Made by a program: the position numbers and the translations under genes. A stretch of 64,000 bases of DNA, from contig CAJINV010000004.1 in the NCBI GenBank assembly GCA_905178155.1, positions 5,166,242-5,230,241 of the forward strand, in the 5' to 3' direction. The stretch comes from Amoebophrya sp. A120 (taxonomy: Eukaryota; Protista; Dinoflagellata). This document shows, in pieces, positions 35,266 through 47,285 of the stretch. The notes beneath the pieces are model-generated. The model had not been told where the DNA came from. It saw only the letters and a list, made by a program, of their open reading frames with translations, and made no database searches. Position 1 is the stretch's first letter. Each line of letters starts with the position of its first letter.

Positions 35266-37197
35266 TCAACTGTAGGGGCGGAAAAGCTCGGACAGAGAGT
35301 TGACGAAGATTAGCTCGTCCGCTTGTTCTCGAAGACTGTTGAATGCGCCGGTAGAGTCGTTGACGTCCATTGCGGCGTCGTCATCGCCCGCTTCCAGTTC
35401 GAAACTGCCGAGCGGAAGGGACACTTTTCGAAGGGACGGAAGCCGCGCCAGCGCATCATCCACGTCTTCGCCGTATTTGTTCAAGTCTTCTGGCTCCATA
35501 TTCACGCAATTGGCGTTTCCCCCGAGGCCCAAAACTCGAAGCGCTGGTAGGGCGCCAGCTGGAGCAGGACTTTCAATATGCGAAACGTATTCAGAAGATG
35601 AAGCAGACTGCACTGGTCCTCCACCAGCCCGTTGTTCAAGAACAGCAACATCCTCAACAACTGCAGCTGCACTCTCTGAGTTGTCCATCAGATCGTCACC
35701 ACCAGACAGGACAGTTTCTTCGTCCCCCGGAGACAACAGACCGGCGATTTCGGAAAGCGTTTTTTTTCCCAGGTCGTTGCTCTCCAAAGAGAGCACTTCG
35801 AGGGTGTCCCCCGTGCTGGCGAGTAAAGCCGCCAGACTCCGTAGAACGCCTTTCCGCTTCACCTCGGTCTCTTTGGAAAGTTTACCAGTGCCAAAGTTGC
35901 GGTCCAGGTAGACCTCTCGAAGCTGTACCAACCCCGGGTTGTAATGGATGGCTCCCCCTTTTGCGGCCGGACCAGCACCCGCGAGGGCGTTGACGAGCTG
36001 GACGAAAAAAGGCACTTCCGCATCCCCTCGGAACGCGAACCCGCTGAAGCCCACCTTCTGCAGGTCTTTGGTGTAGTCGCCCCGCAGCTGACCTACTTGT
36101 CCATCCGTGGCTGCACTCGTACTTGTTGACTTCCCTGCTCCGCCGACGGTCCGTCTTGTCAAGTAGGCAGCGACCTCGTTTGCGACGACTTGCTTTCCTG
36201 CCGCGTTTTTGCCGTCCCAAAACAAGCTCTCGGGCCCGTACCCGAAGTGCAGAACCAGGGTTTCTAGCCACTGTGTCGCGTCCGCACGCAAAATCAACCG
36301 AAGGATGGCCGGATCGATGCGGGTGTGCTCGAGCCTGAGTTCCCGGAGCCGCGGAAAAGCGTGGGCCTCCTCGCCGCCCTCAACCGCCTCAGTATGCGAT
36401 GCTGTCCAGGAAGAGAAAAATCCCTGCCAGAGCGCCGTGTTTTTTTCCGCGTTCGCGTCACTGACAAAAAAATTGAAGTGGCGAATGATTAGCGAGGGCA
36501 GGGTTTTTGCTTGTTCGCCCACCGCCTGCACCAGGTCACGCACTTGTGCGAACTCGGCTGCGTCCCTCGGTTGCTGCAGAACGCCTCGCGCGCCCTCCAA
36601 TTTGAGCCCGAGCACAACTCCCGCGTCGAGAAACGTTTTCAAGATTTGCAGCAGCTGCACCCAGTTCCCCGTCTCAGGAATTTTGAACACTAAAGTCCCC
36701 TCCTCGACGCCAGCACCCTCTTCGAGCAGAAGATCTTCATTGGCCACCGCGACGCCGACAGCGAGCTTGGGGGCACCTGTGCGAAAATCCGTAACCGCTG
36801 CGAGGTGTATTTTCTGCCCCCACGTCCTCAACTTCTGCTCGAGCGTCTCGAGTGACGTCGCAAATTGGGCCACGCTGCTGGGCTCATCGTCAACTTCCAT
36901 TTTTGCGCCGGCTTTAAAACTCTCGTCTGAGACGAGGTTTAGCACTTGGGAAACAATGTCGCGAGCTTCTTCTGCGCGACTGCCCCCTTGATGACGGCCA
37001 GCCGCACCGGGCTCCTCCTGATCGTCTACTACGTCGCCTGGTCTTCTCATGATACTACCTGCGGAGCTGAGAACAAGCCCGGTGGCCCCCTGCAGGGTGA
37101 TGTCGTGCAGGTAATAAAACAACAGAAAAGGTAGTAGGAACGCCGATCGGCAAAGTCCGCGCTGTCTGGTGGATGAAAAATCCGCACTGCTGGTCAT
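35266..37197 (-). CDS. RNI-like leucine-rich repeat protein, paralogue 2, with hydrophobic N-terminus
   Basis: 643-aa ORF; LREVYLDRN, LEVLSLESNDL, LRVLGLGGN. Confidence 0.85.
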   Translation of the reverse strand: MTSSADFSSTRQRGLCRSAFLLPFLLFYYLHDITLQGATGLVLSSAGSIMRRPGDVVDDQEEPGAAGRHQGGSRAEEARDIVSQVLNLVSDESFKAGAKMEVDDEPSSVAQFATSLETLEQKLRTWGQKIHLAAVTDFRTGAPKLAVGVAVANEDLLLEEGAGVEEGTLVFKIPETGNWVQLLQILKTFLDAGVVLGLKLEGARGVLQQPRDAAEFAQVRDLVQAVGEQAKTLPSLIIRHFNFFVSDANAEKNTALWQGFFSSWTASHTEAVEGGEEAHAFPRLRELRLEHTRIDPAILRLILRADATQWLETLVLHFGYGPESLFWDGKNAAGKQVVANEVAAYLTRRTVGGAGKSTSTSAATDGQVGQLRGDYTKDLQKVGFSGFAFRGDAEVPFFVQLVNALAGAGPAAKGGAIHYNPGLVQLREVYLDRNFGTGKLSKETEVKRKGVLRSLAALLASTGDTLEVLSLESNDLGKKTLSEIAGLLSPGDEETVLSGGDDLMDNSESAAAVVEDVAVLEQRAGGGPVQSASSSEYVSHIESPAPAGALPALRVLGLGGNANCVNMEPEDLNKYGEDVDDALARLPSLRKVSLPLGSFELEAGDDDAAMDVNDSTGAFNSLREQADELIFVNSLSELFRPYS

Positions 37198-38443
37198 AAT
37201 AGCTGGTAGTTATGCTTCTAATTTCTCGTCTACATGAAGAAACAGAAACGCTTTTAAGTTTAGTCCTCAACGCCCTTATGGCTGAAACTGCGACGCGTAG
37301 TAGTTGAGCGACTCGATGAGGTGAATCATCAAGTAGCGCCCTTCGTTTTCAGAGGTTCGAGTTGCCCATCACAAATATGACAGAATGACACTACCGTTCT
37401 TATTTGTTCCTCTGAATCTCGGACCTGCGTTCGAAACAAATAATCGAAAGTGAGAAAATACGCATGCAGCAGTGTGATTTTTGAAGGACATCGATGCACA
37501 TACAACACCAGTTTTTGGGCCTAACGACCCTATCCAACATGCATCGGACAAAAGCATCCAAACCTAAGTATAAATCTGAAGCATAAAAATTCGTGCATCT
37601 TCACACCCGACTAAGTACTTGTATCGCGTCCAGGGTAGCAGTAGCACTATTATTTGTATGAGTATGATCGGTTCCTGTTTTTTCTTGTGCGCACATTCGG
37701 ACTAATTGTAATTTTATCTTGTGGGCCGATCTTGCCTATCAATGCCAAAATCGTGAAACCGCGGAGCAGCTACGAGTTGTGTCCAGCATCGCTGAAACAC
37801 TGCTGTGTCACACATCACACCGGCGTATTTCGGTGGCACATCATCGCCAAGAAGCTGCAAAGCATGAGGACGCGCGTTTCCCGGCCTTCGTCCTGCTCTC
37901 TATCCGCTATCAATTCGAAACGTACTCATCTTCGTATCACGTTCGCCATGGAGATAAGGCAGCGCAAACGCCTGCGCATTATCATCACCAATGCTCGGTG
38001 TCATTCTGTTTCCTTCAACACGGGAGATAGCAACACGTTAAAGAACTGACACTATTTGTGTAACATTCCCCGTTATGATGCGGGTGTAGATAAGTAAATG
38101 ACAGGCCGCAAAGGCAGCTGCGACAGTGCACTGTCCAAAGCTGCCAGAAAGACAAAACTAGTAGAGCCAAAATGAAATAAATCTATCCTGCGGAGAAGTG
38201 CTTCTCGTTCCTTCTGTCTAGGTACATGAGGAGGCAGCTGCAACACGTGTTGCAGGGCAAAACCTCTCTGCGATAATAATAATGTGTTTAAGTTTATTTG
38301 TTTTAATAGTGATTTTATCGACTTATTCAGCGACTTCTTGCGTATGATCATTGAAAAATGTGTTCTATTTTCTTTTCGCTTAAAAATGCCTCCTAGTGAT
38401 CCGTTCAATTCCCCCCCTTGTCGATCAGGAGAGCCGCTCGCGC

Positions 38444-40432
38444 TCAGGCATCCTCAATTTCGTTTCCTGGCTGCACACCGGTAAGGTGGGTGCGCTGGTA
38501 GCCAGGATAGCGGTTGGGAATCTGCAATGCGGTGAGCCGGTCCCGCTGTTGTTGGGACAACCCCGTCCACTGGGCATTCGTGTTGGCATGTTCGCCGGCC
38601 GAGACGGTGATGGTGCTACCGCCCACGTGATTCGCGAACTTCTTGAACTGGGTCCATTTCACCCAGTTCTGCTCCAGGGCCCGGGCCTTCGCTGGATTCT
38701 GTTGCAGCATCTGCGTGTTCAGCGTGTGCACGCGAACGTGCGTGTGCTTGTTGATCAAGGAGGGGTCGTTCGGGTCGCGGCTGTTGGGTGTGTGGTGGGA
38801 CTCCAGCACGGCACACAGCCGCCGGTGGTCCAACGTAATCAACTTTCCGTCGTTGGACCGGGTCGGGTCCGCTTGGACGGGCTCGTCGTCAATCCTCGTG
38901 CCCTCTTGAATCGCGCGTTGGTGCTGTGGCATGTAGGGCCCGGTCTCCATAAACTTCTCCATCGTATTATCCTGAGTAAAAACATTACGACCCCAGAATT
39001 TTTGTCATGCAGAATCAAAATCACGCGCACGGGATGTTTCTCATGCGGCTCGGGCTGGTACACTCCATGAGCAGCACAATACTCTATCTAGTGTTTTTTA
39101 TTGGGAACGGCTTTGCGATGCATCTGGACAAGCTCGGCACAACTATACTGCAGAGCCAAACAAATACAACTGCGCGCGTCCCAAGAGTCCTATGCTTGCC
39201 TTGCAAAGTTTCCGTTTTGACTACGGGGCGGAAACGTCTTTACTCAAGATAGGAGTGCATCGCCGCTTTGAGCTTTTCTCCGCCCCCTTATGGAGGAAAA
39301 AAAGCTATGGCTTCACAACTTCACCACTTCAACAATTAAAAAGGAAGACTTCAAAAATTCGTCCTGCAAAAATTTCATGCAAAAAAAAATTTCGAAGCCG
39401 CGCAGCCGCTGTTTTCAAAATGAAAACGCAAATATGAATATCAAAGAGCATCTTATCTGGGAAAATACAAATATATTTCCTGCAAATTCAAATTTTATTT
39501 TATCTAAGAAGCCCCAGCATGACAACGTTGCGGAGAAGTAGACGTTGAAAAGAACAACCACTACGCCCCGGCGTACCTCTCCCGCGTATTTTTTTGGATC
39601 CTCATCCATGTTTCTCTGGCGCCGCTGCAAGTCGCGGTCCATCATGCCGTTTACGAAGAAATCGTCTGCCGGTACAACTTGCAGTGCGATCGAGTTGGTG
39701 ACGATCCCGGGATTCTCTTGGAACTCCTTGGCACTGTCCACGACGTGCTTTTGGCGGTCGCCGATCCTTATGCATTGCAAAATGTGTATTGGCTCTGGGC
39801 AGGTCGTGCAAAAAATCTGTGATGCTCTCATCTGTCAGTCGCACAAAAACTGTACATGCAAGAGGCTGTATCGTGACGAAAAACTTCTGCAGTATAAATA
39901 ATTCCAGACCCAGACGACAAATTTGCAATTAATAATCGTGTCTCGGGCAAACTCGAACCCGGCTTCCGGCTGACTGAAGCGAAGCGAGTGCAGCGGCGCC
40001 GGCGTGGCGCGCATCCAGATGTCGTCGAACATCGGCGCGTTTTGGTTCAGCTGAATGCCCGGCTCCACGCTGGCAAAAAAGTCGCCGTCCCGTCGCCTCT
40101 CCTCCTGCTCCAGCTTCCGCATCGCGACGAAGAGCCTCTGCTCCGCAGTCCGCGGGTTCTCGAGGTCCTGCATGTACTGCGTCAGCCGGTTGTGTTCACT
40201 ATTTACCGGGTAGCTTTTCTCGTATTCGAACACCGGTACCTCCTTGGTCTTTCCATTGGGAAAGGTCTTCTCCTGTGTGCCCGTTTGTCTCTTCTCCGCT
40301 TTCACTTTACCAGCTTATCGAGATGCAAGAAACCCGAGCTTTTGGTTTTGAGTTTGACCCGAGGCCGAGGCAGAAGACAGAAAATGCAAATATTATAATG
40401 CGCACGTGAATAAAGCTCCGCCTTCAGGAACA
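38444..40432 (-). CDS. Hypothetical protein, multi-exon; possibly the 3' part of the gene starting at ~44203
   Basis: ORF segments 39835-40305, 39415-39831 and 38444-38962 are linked by introners 39769-39934 (ARDTI|GDRQ) and 38968-39251, plus an AT-rich intron ~39288-39575 whose phase I could not resolve. Confidence 0.6.
38968..39251. mobile_element. Introner, TATCCTG.GTAAAAA family; TSD eroded
   Basis: TATCCTGAGTAAAAAC / GTCTTTACTCAAGATA ends; flanks CGTAT/GGAGT; removing 289 nt gives AAMHS|MEKF. Confidence 0.75.
39769..39934. mobile_element. Introner, GTCTGGGTCTGG family (short)
   Basis: TATGCATTGCAAAAT / ATTTGCAATTAATA ends; flanks ATCCT/ATCGT; removing 171 nt is in frame. Confidence 0.85.
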
Positions 40433-40713
40433 TCCATCTAACTAGAGCCCTGTCAAATATCTTCTCGTGGTGGCGATCAGAATGATCGCTGTGCTCAGCT
40501 AGACTCGTCCGGGGGCTTTCTGCAAGTGGTGGTGCTCCTGCCTCCTGCGAGCGAAACGAGAAACCTCAATTAGTGGCACAAGGTCAAAAATAGAAATATG
40601 AAATACTGGTACACAAACCCGCTACTAAACCGCTCCTACCTTGGACCAAGCTCATTTTCGAAGCACACAGCTTGTTCGCTTTTTCTTTTCATAACTTCCC
40701 CCACTTATTTTTC

Positions 40714-40956
40714 TATGGCGTTCTCAAGCGTTACGCTGCTCGGTTTTACATGATTTTGCGGCGCAGAAACAGCAAAAGCGAAAGAAGGGGCTTGCACGTC
40801 GTGCGATACCGATTTGGAACGCCTTTCCATGCTATCTAGCGCGTCAAGAACTTGCCACGCGAAGTAGCTTCGTGGTCGTCTGGAGTCGAGTGTCCTCGTG
40901 AAAGTGGTTTTGCAAATCATGCAACAGCGATCACTGTAACGTTCGAGAAGGCCATA
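40714..40956. mobile_element. Introner, TATGGCGTTCTCAA family
   Basis: TATGGCGTTCTCAAGCGTTAC / GTAACGTTCGAGAAGGCCATA; flanks TTTTC/TTTCC; exon context unresolved. Confidence 0.8.
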
Positions 40957-43900
40957 TTTCCTGCAGGTCAAGCGTTTTGGCCGCATCTGCGCTGACCGAG
41001 TGATAAGGGTTATCACGCTTCTCCAGATAAGGATTTTCCCTTTATGGAAACGTCAGGTTCGAAATCAACAATCCTGAACATAAAGATAAACTGCGCAATT
41101 CCAATGAATTTGCTAAATGCATAAAATCGCCGCCACTTCTTGTGCCCGCAGTGGCAGCTTCAAATCGGCGCGTGAAGGACTTATTTCCCAGCGTCTAAAC
41201 TAAATCTGTCATGCTGGTTAGGCTAAGGGAGCTCCCTTCTGCCCACTTCTTGACGTTGACACGGAGCAGGGCTACTCCAATCTGCCTCCCTAGCGCCCAT
41301 ATTATTTTGCGCCTTTCTTGTCAATTTCCAGCCCGACATTTTCTCATACCATTCCGGCTCCTGTTAAACCTAATGCGTCTTCCGATACCTGCAGAGCTTT
41401 TCGCCGGGCGCGCCGCTCCTCCGGGGAAAGTTTCGCAAACTCTTCCGGCGTCGTGTCAGAAAGGAGGCCGGCCTCAAACGCGAGGCGGTCAACGTCGTCT
41501 TCCAGGCTGGAAATGCGCGCGTTGCGCTCCTTTTCCGTCAACTTCCACATTTCGCGCTGGTCTTTGGTCGACGCGGTCACCGTATGCAGTGCAAAAGGAT
41601 CGCACTCGCAGTCGTACTACTACTAATTGCGTTTTTGCATGACAAATCTTTTCCTTAAGGGAAATGCGCACTACAAATCTAATTTGTAATGCTAAGTCAG
41701 TTTGTAATGCAAATGCAATCTATACTAGTTGTACGATACTTTTGCAATGCCTACTCCGTCCATGTCACCTTCCCGGTTCCGATGTCCTCGTGTTTTTGGT
41801 AAATGCCGTCATTGATTCTGTTCGCCCCGGTGAACTCGGGCATGTGCTGCCGGAAGGGGTCCCTCCGCAAAAACGCCTCCAGCACATCGGCGGGGGCGGC
41901 TGAAGATGTAGTGTCCTCTTCGGGGGTCCCCGCGGAAGCTGTGGTAGCAGTGCCCGTTGGTGTAGTGCTGCTGGGAGTCGTTGTAGTCGGCGTGCTGGTC
42001 GTCCCATCTTCTGCTTGGTCCGCTGCCGCAGCTCCTCCAGCTGTCCCTGAAAAAGTACTAGCTGATTTTCATGAAGTCCAATTGTGAAGGTGGGAAAGAT
42101 CCGAAACCAAACCGATTCAACTTGATCTTTTTCATCAGATCATGGATCCACTTATTCAGAACCGCCACTGCATTGAGTAAACCACATCAAACTACCCAAA
42201 CACCGATGTTCAATAGAGAAGCACCGACGGCCCGAACCAAAACTGCAACTGGCAAACAACCCAAACAACCTGCAACAATGTACACAATTCAAACAATTGA
42301 ATTGGCGAATGTAGACAATGCAGAGAACTGATGCTAGTCGAGTAAAAAGACGACCATTGTGACCGGGATTGCTCGTTCGTAGTGACTCTATCTCTATCTC
42401 TAACTCGTCTGCGTACTCATGCTGATAAAGCAAAATGGTAAAAACTTCCACCATAACCATGGTATATATTGCTCGGCTGCAAAGGTAAAGCACTCTCTCG
42501 CTCTCTCAATCGCCATCCAGATATTATGATTGATGTGAGGAAGATGTAAATGTATCTGGTCGTGAAGACACTCAAGCGTCCGGCTTCGCACTTTTTATCC
42601 CAATAAGAGGCACTGGTAAGGCGTAAAAAGCGATAAAAAAATGATATTAAGGGTAACGCATCAAAATCCGCATTCGCATATCACTAAGCCAATGTTGTTG
42701 GACTCATGTTCATCTTGTGGGACAGCTACGGCTACTAGAAGCCTGGGTAGTTCTAAGTAGATCTAAGACTGGTCGTGAAACCTCACACGACCTTCATCTC
42801 GAGCCTCGACCTTCATCTCGAGCCTCGTTGAAACAAAGAATGATGATACTAAGATCTTCGTTCGCAGATCAACGAACTACCGCTGTTCGCCTGTTTCTAC
42901 GCTCGTGGGAGCGAGGAAAATCGGTTTTAATCTCCTGATCTTGTTGGTGTGTCTTCGCGGATTCGCAGAGTGCTTTTCTTTAAAAATGCGAAGAGGATCC
43001 TCTGGTGCCAGTGCCGTGTGGTTGCTCACGACCCTAGATCATGTACATCGCACGTTCTCGGGTGAGAACAAAACCTAAATCTAGATCTCAGGCTGATTCG
43101 TCGAATGATACTTTGCTTCACCACTTTCGCAGCTTTTTTTGTTCTACAAACATTTCCTCGTTAAGGTTAACATTTTTGACGCTACTAGGGACTTGTAACC
43201 AGACATCATACACGATTCAGAGAGAGAGAACAAGACCGTCTTATATTTCATTCAGGACCTGTCAGGCGTTCATCTCCATGTTATCAAGAGCAATGTTCAT
43301 CATTTCTATCATTGCTCTTCTAGAAAAGTTTGTCGTATCCTCTCGTCTGTGCGAGGCGTCTGTGGTTCATTCAGTTGAAACAGGGACACAACATCTACCA
43401 GCCCCTCGTCGTCCTTCGGCAGCGTGCCGAGAAAGTCGGTAGCTTCTTCGAAGGAGGTCGCCGCACCGAGCTTCGGAAGGAGCTCGGCCTCGAACTCGGC
43501 TGCAGTGCGGCCTGTGGAAGTGGAAGTAGGTTGGTTTTTGCGACAGCAGATTTCAGCAACGTTGCATCTACATGCAGTTTCGTACTTATCATGATGCAAG
43601 TTGAATTTCTAGAATGAAAAAGGCCTACTTTACTAACTTAGGACTCAAAGCAGATTAAACGCCAAATGTTTCTCACTGTACTAGCAGCGAACGTCTCTAA
43701 TTGATACCGCGCGATAGAAACTGCCGGCGAAACTCGGGCAGAAGTTCTTCCACCATTTCCTCGACGGAAAGATTCGCCTTCAAAAGCTTCATCCTTTTCC
43801 CGACCGCAAACAAAGTCGACTCATCTGGGAAACAAGACAGGACAAACGCCGAAAACTGCGACAGGACCGTAGGAGGGGCGGTGAACGAGCCTGCATTTTT

Positions 43901-44203
43901 TGCTGCATCTTGACCCATAGCTGCGCCGCTTCCGATTCTTACCGGCCCAGCGTTCATCGCCGGAGGACTCGCTTCCCCCTCACCGCGGCCGCGGCGGCGC
44001 CGTGCAGAAGTACTTGTCGTGGAACTGCTTGCAGGTTCTGGAAAAGATGTTGAGTGCGGCTCAGCCGCACCCGGACCCGCATCTTCGTTATTTGCATTTA
44101 CAAAATCAACGTCGGCGGAAGGACTGGCGCGCGCACGACGAGTGTGGTCTTTGGAAGACTCGGAGGGAATAAACGTCATCTTTTTTTTTTCTTCTACTGG
44201 CAC
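40957..44203 (-). CDS. Hypothetical multi-exon gene (exons near 44203-43700, 43550-43400, 42050-41754, 41577-41350 and ~41000); structure only partly resolved
   Basis: Protein-like ORF segments. Removing introner 41583-41753 joins GTGKVTWT|VTASTKDQ in frame. Confidence 0.5.
41583..41753. mobile_element. Introner, TGCAAAAG family
   Basis: TATGCAGTGCAAAAG / CTTTTGCAATGCCTA; flanks CACCG/CTCCG; interior similar to 45625-45777. Confidence 0.83.
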
Positions 44204-44603
44204 GACAAAAAGCCGGCGCTCTTTTCCGCTCGCTCACGCTTGCAGCAGTACTCTTTTTGTAGTGCTGTGAGATGTTGTATACCTAGGAGTGCCTTTGACT
44301 CTCATGCTGGTGCTGCATTTGGCTCTCATGATTCAAGAAGAGAGCATCATGTGTGAAGATTTGCTCCTTCTGCCTATGAATCACAAGCGGACTTCTCCTG
44401 ACTGTCGTCGCCCCATACAACTTGGGACGGGTATATAGAGCCCAGCGTAAAAATGCTGGCTTCGTGCAGAACTTGCTTGTCTTCTACCCGCAGTGATCGC
44501 AGCTGTGTCCAGCAACACAAAAGTCTGCAGAGGGATTTTCCTGCGGTTACTTCGCCGAATGGTATAATCGGTATTGGTTTTGGTAAGTAGTATTAGTAAG
44601 CAT

Positions 44604-46338
44604 TCATTTCATAACGAGCTTTCTGAAAATCAGCAAATGGCTTCCAAACGCAATTTGGGCCAGAAACAGGGGCAGAAAACAGAATGGAAGATGCAGAATC
44701 CACACACACTGCAGCTCTTTTGGGTGCTGATAAACGTTCAGCGCTCTTCCCAATGGCGAATTCGGCAGCGACGCCACGGCGGTCGTGATTACGGTGAGCA
44801 TATCAAATGTAAAAATGTCTGGGTCTGGAAGATTGGAACTTGTGATGCTAACTTTGGACTCTAGGAAAATCCGTATTGCATGACCAGCAAGAGGAGTCTA
44901 GTTTGTGCTACGCGGGGAGGGCGTTTGTCATGCGGAGTAGGCATCAGGAAGCCCGCTCAAAATCTGTGACGCGCGGTCGTGCATTACAGACATCCTGGGT
45001 CATGCAAAACATGCATGACAAATCTCAGAATCTTCCAGACCCAGACATTTTTACATTTGATAGAGCAGGAGCGTGATCCCAACGACGTTGAAGGTCCACA
45101 CGACCGCGGTTGCGACAGGAGAAAGATTGGTTTTTTTCCTCGCAGGTGAAATAAACGCTGCTTGCTCCTGCTCGCCGAGGACTCCAAGCGCTTCTACCTC
45201 TTGCATCAGTGCGGCTGATTGCTCTGTGGTAGTATTGCCCGATACGAGTAGTGTTGAATCTGCAGCCGCATTCCTTGTTGTGCCGTCGTGGTCCTTCTTC
45301 TCCGCAGAAAAATACAGGTAGACTGCAACGGGCAAGGCGGCAAGGCCGGTCACAACGTCGAAGTTGTTCCCTTCCCAAGTGATTTGCTTGGGTGCAAATC
45401 CCTCCACGTGTGCCCAGTGCAGCATCCCCTCCACAAAAATCCGGAAGCACTGGCAACCGCAGACGAGGTAGAATGGAAGATCGTCTGCTGAAATCAGAGG
45501 AGAAGAAGGGTTCTTCCCCAACACCGGCCAGCCATTGGCAAAAAGCGTCGCCACCATGACGCCCATGAAACCGACCGGCGGACCGTGTCCCCCACTCGGC
45601 TGGTACGTGAACGCGCCAAAATAGTATCCTGTGCAAAAGTATCGTACTCGTAGTAATCGCAATTATGCATTACAGATCATTTTCTTAAGGAAAACCCGCA
45701 TTACAAATTCTATTTCTCATGCTGTGGAAATTTGTAATGCATTTATACGAGTACTTGCGATACTTTTGCAATTCATAAATGGCCCAGCGTAGCAATCAGG
45801 CCGAGCCAAACCGCAGTCCAAACCAGCGCGGTCGAGTAGGCGGCGACTACTCTGGCTCTTTTTAAAACGATATAGAGGGAGACTACGAGTGATCTTGTTG
45901 GGAACAACTACTGCTAGTAGTACCCCTAAGAAATAAAGTCGCAGTCTGCCACGCGGATTTTTTGCTGTCGTGGTGCACTGGTGTTTTCTTATCGTGCAAA
46001 AAGAAAAAGATTCGCATGAAACTAAGCGGGTTGTTTTCTTGGGCCTTGCAGCATTCGGCAACAAGATCACTCCTTGTTTTCCATCGATAAATGAGACTGA
46101 AGCCCAAGGCAGTGGTGGTCACAAGGGTGCACCAGCAAAGCAAAAATGCGGTCGACGGGTTTGGCAGCGTGTCGTATTTTGCGCCAAAAAAAGGCTCAGA
46201 AAGAAATAGGTGCTCGTCAACATTTCCCGTCGAGAGGCCCTCTGCTGCAAAAGAGAGCCCTTGATGTTGGGTTACGGTAGTTCCCGTACCAGCTACCTGC
46301 ACTACTGCAGATAATGATGAAGATGGCGACACCGGCAT
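44604..46338 (-). CDS. Multi-pass membrane protein resembling an uncharacterised bacterial family
   Basis: Spliced product includes QCFRIFVE, QITWEGNNFDVVTGLAALP, FNVVGITLLL|TVITTAVASLP and PFCFLPLFLAQIAFGSHLLIFRKL. Two in-frame introner joins; first intron ~45860-46070 approximate. Confidence 0.78.
44801..45062. mobile_element. Introner, TATCAAATG..GTCTGGGTCTGG family (young copy)
   Basis: Perfect 34-bp TIR and perfect GAGCA duplication; removing 267 nt is in frame. Confidence 0.96.
45625..45777. mobile_element. Introner, TGCAAAAG family
   Basis: TATCCTGTGCAAAAGTATCG / CGATACTTTTGCAATTCATA; flanks AATAG/AATGG; join LIATLG(H/Y)|FGAF. Confidence 0.87.
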
Positions 46339-47285
46339 CGTTCTTACTGCCAATGCGGCAGGGATGAAATTATGTACTTAATCGTGAAGACAAGTCGCAA
46401 TCGAGAAAATATAGAACTCAAAATAAATTCTGGTGGCTGATGCTAGTGCCTCCAATCCGAAAAAAGGAGCTAGAGCTTCAGCCTGAAGGAGCACGAGGTA
46501 TGATTCGCCTCCAACACGCAGCTATGCGTGCTCCGGCTAGTGTCCGAGCAGCAAGACCCTCTTGGTTCGTAATTGGGAATCGCTCAGAAAGGAGTCCCTC
46601 GTACTACACTCCCACCCACTGGAACTTTAAACGCAGACTCGCGCTCAGGTCGAGGAAGGAGCCAGACAGTATCTAGATCTATCTCTATCTATCACGACCA
46701 TGCTGCATAAAGCTTCTCTACTTGAACCGCACCAGACAACTCAGTCAGAGAGACAACATGTGAAATCATGTGAGTCACAAAACCTCTCAGCAAAAAGAAG
46801 ATCAAACAGATAGACAATTGACGATGAACGAACACTTGCTTCTCGGACGCTCGCAATATAGGATAACGACAGTGGAGTGAGTACTTATCAGAGAATTCTA
46901 AAAATCTGTGAGAACCACTTTTATAGATAATATCTATAAAAGTGGTTCTCACAGAAGCGACTTCTCCGGCCCCCTAGCAAATTTACCTGATACCGCTGCC
47001 AAAAGAGGATCCACAATGTTTCCACAATCAAAAATTGTTCCTAGCAGGAGCAAAATGTAGTCGAGCTAATACTTCTTCTTGATGTAGACGAATCATTCCG
47101 CAGCTCCCGACTAGAGTACAGAAAAGCATGAAACGATTCCTCTGTTTTTACCGTTTTGCTCCACCGTAGCGGATTGTGTGTACGAAGGTAAAATTGTACC
47201 TAATATTCGCCGTCATCAAACGAGGCATTAAGTACTTATACTTACATACCTCAGCATCAAGAAATTAAAAACCATTTCCACTCAG

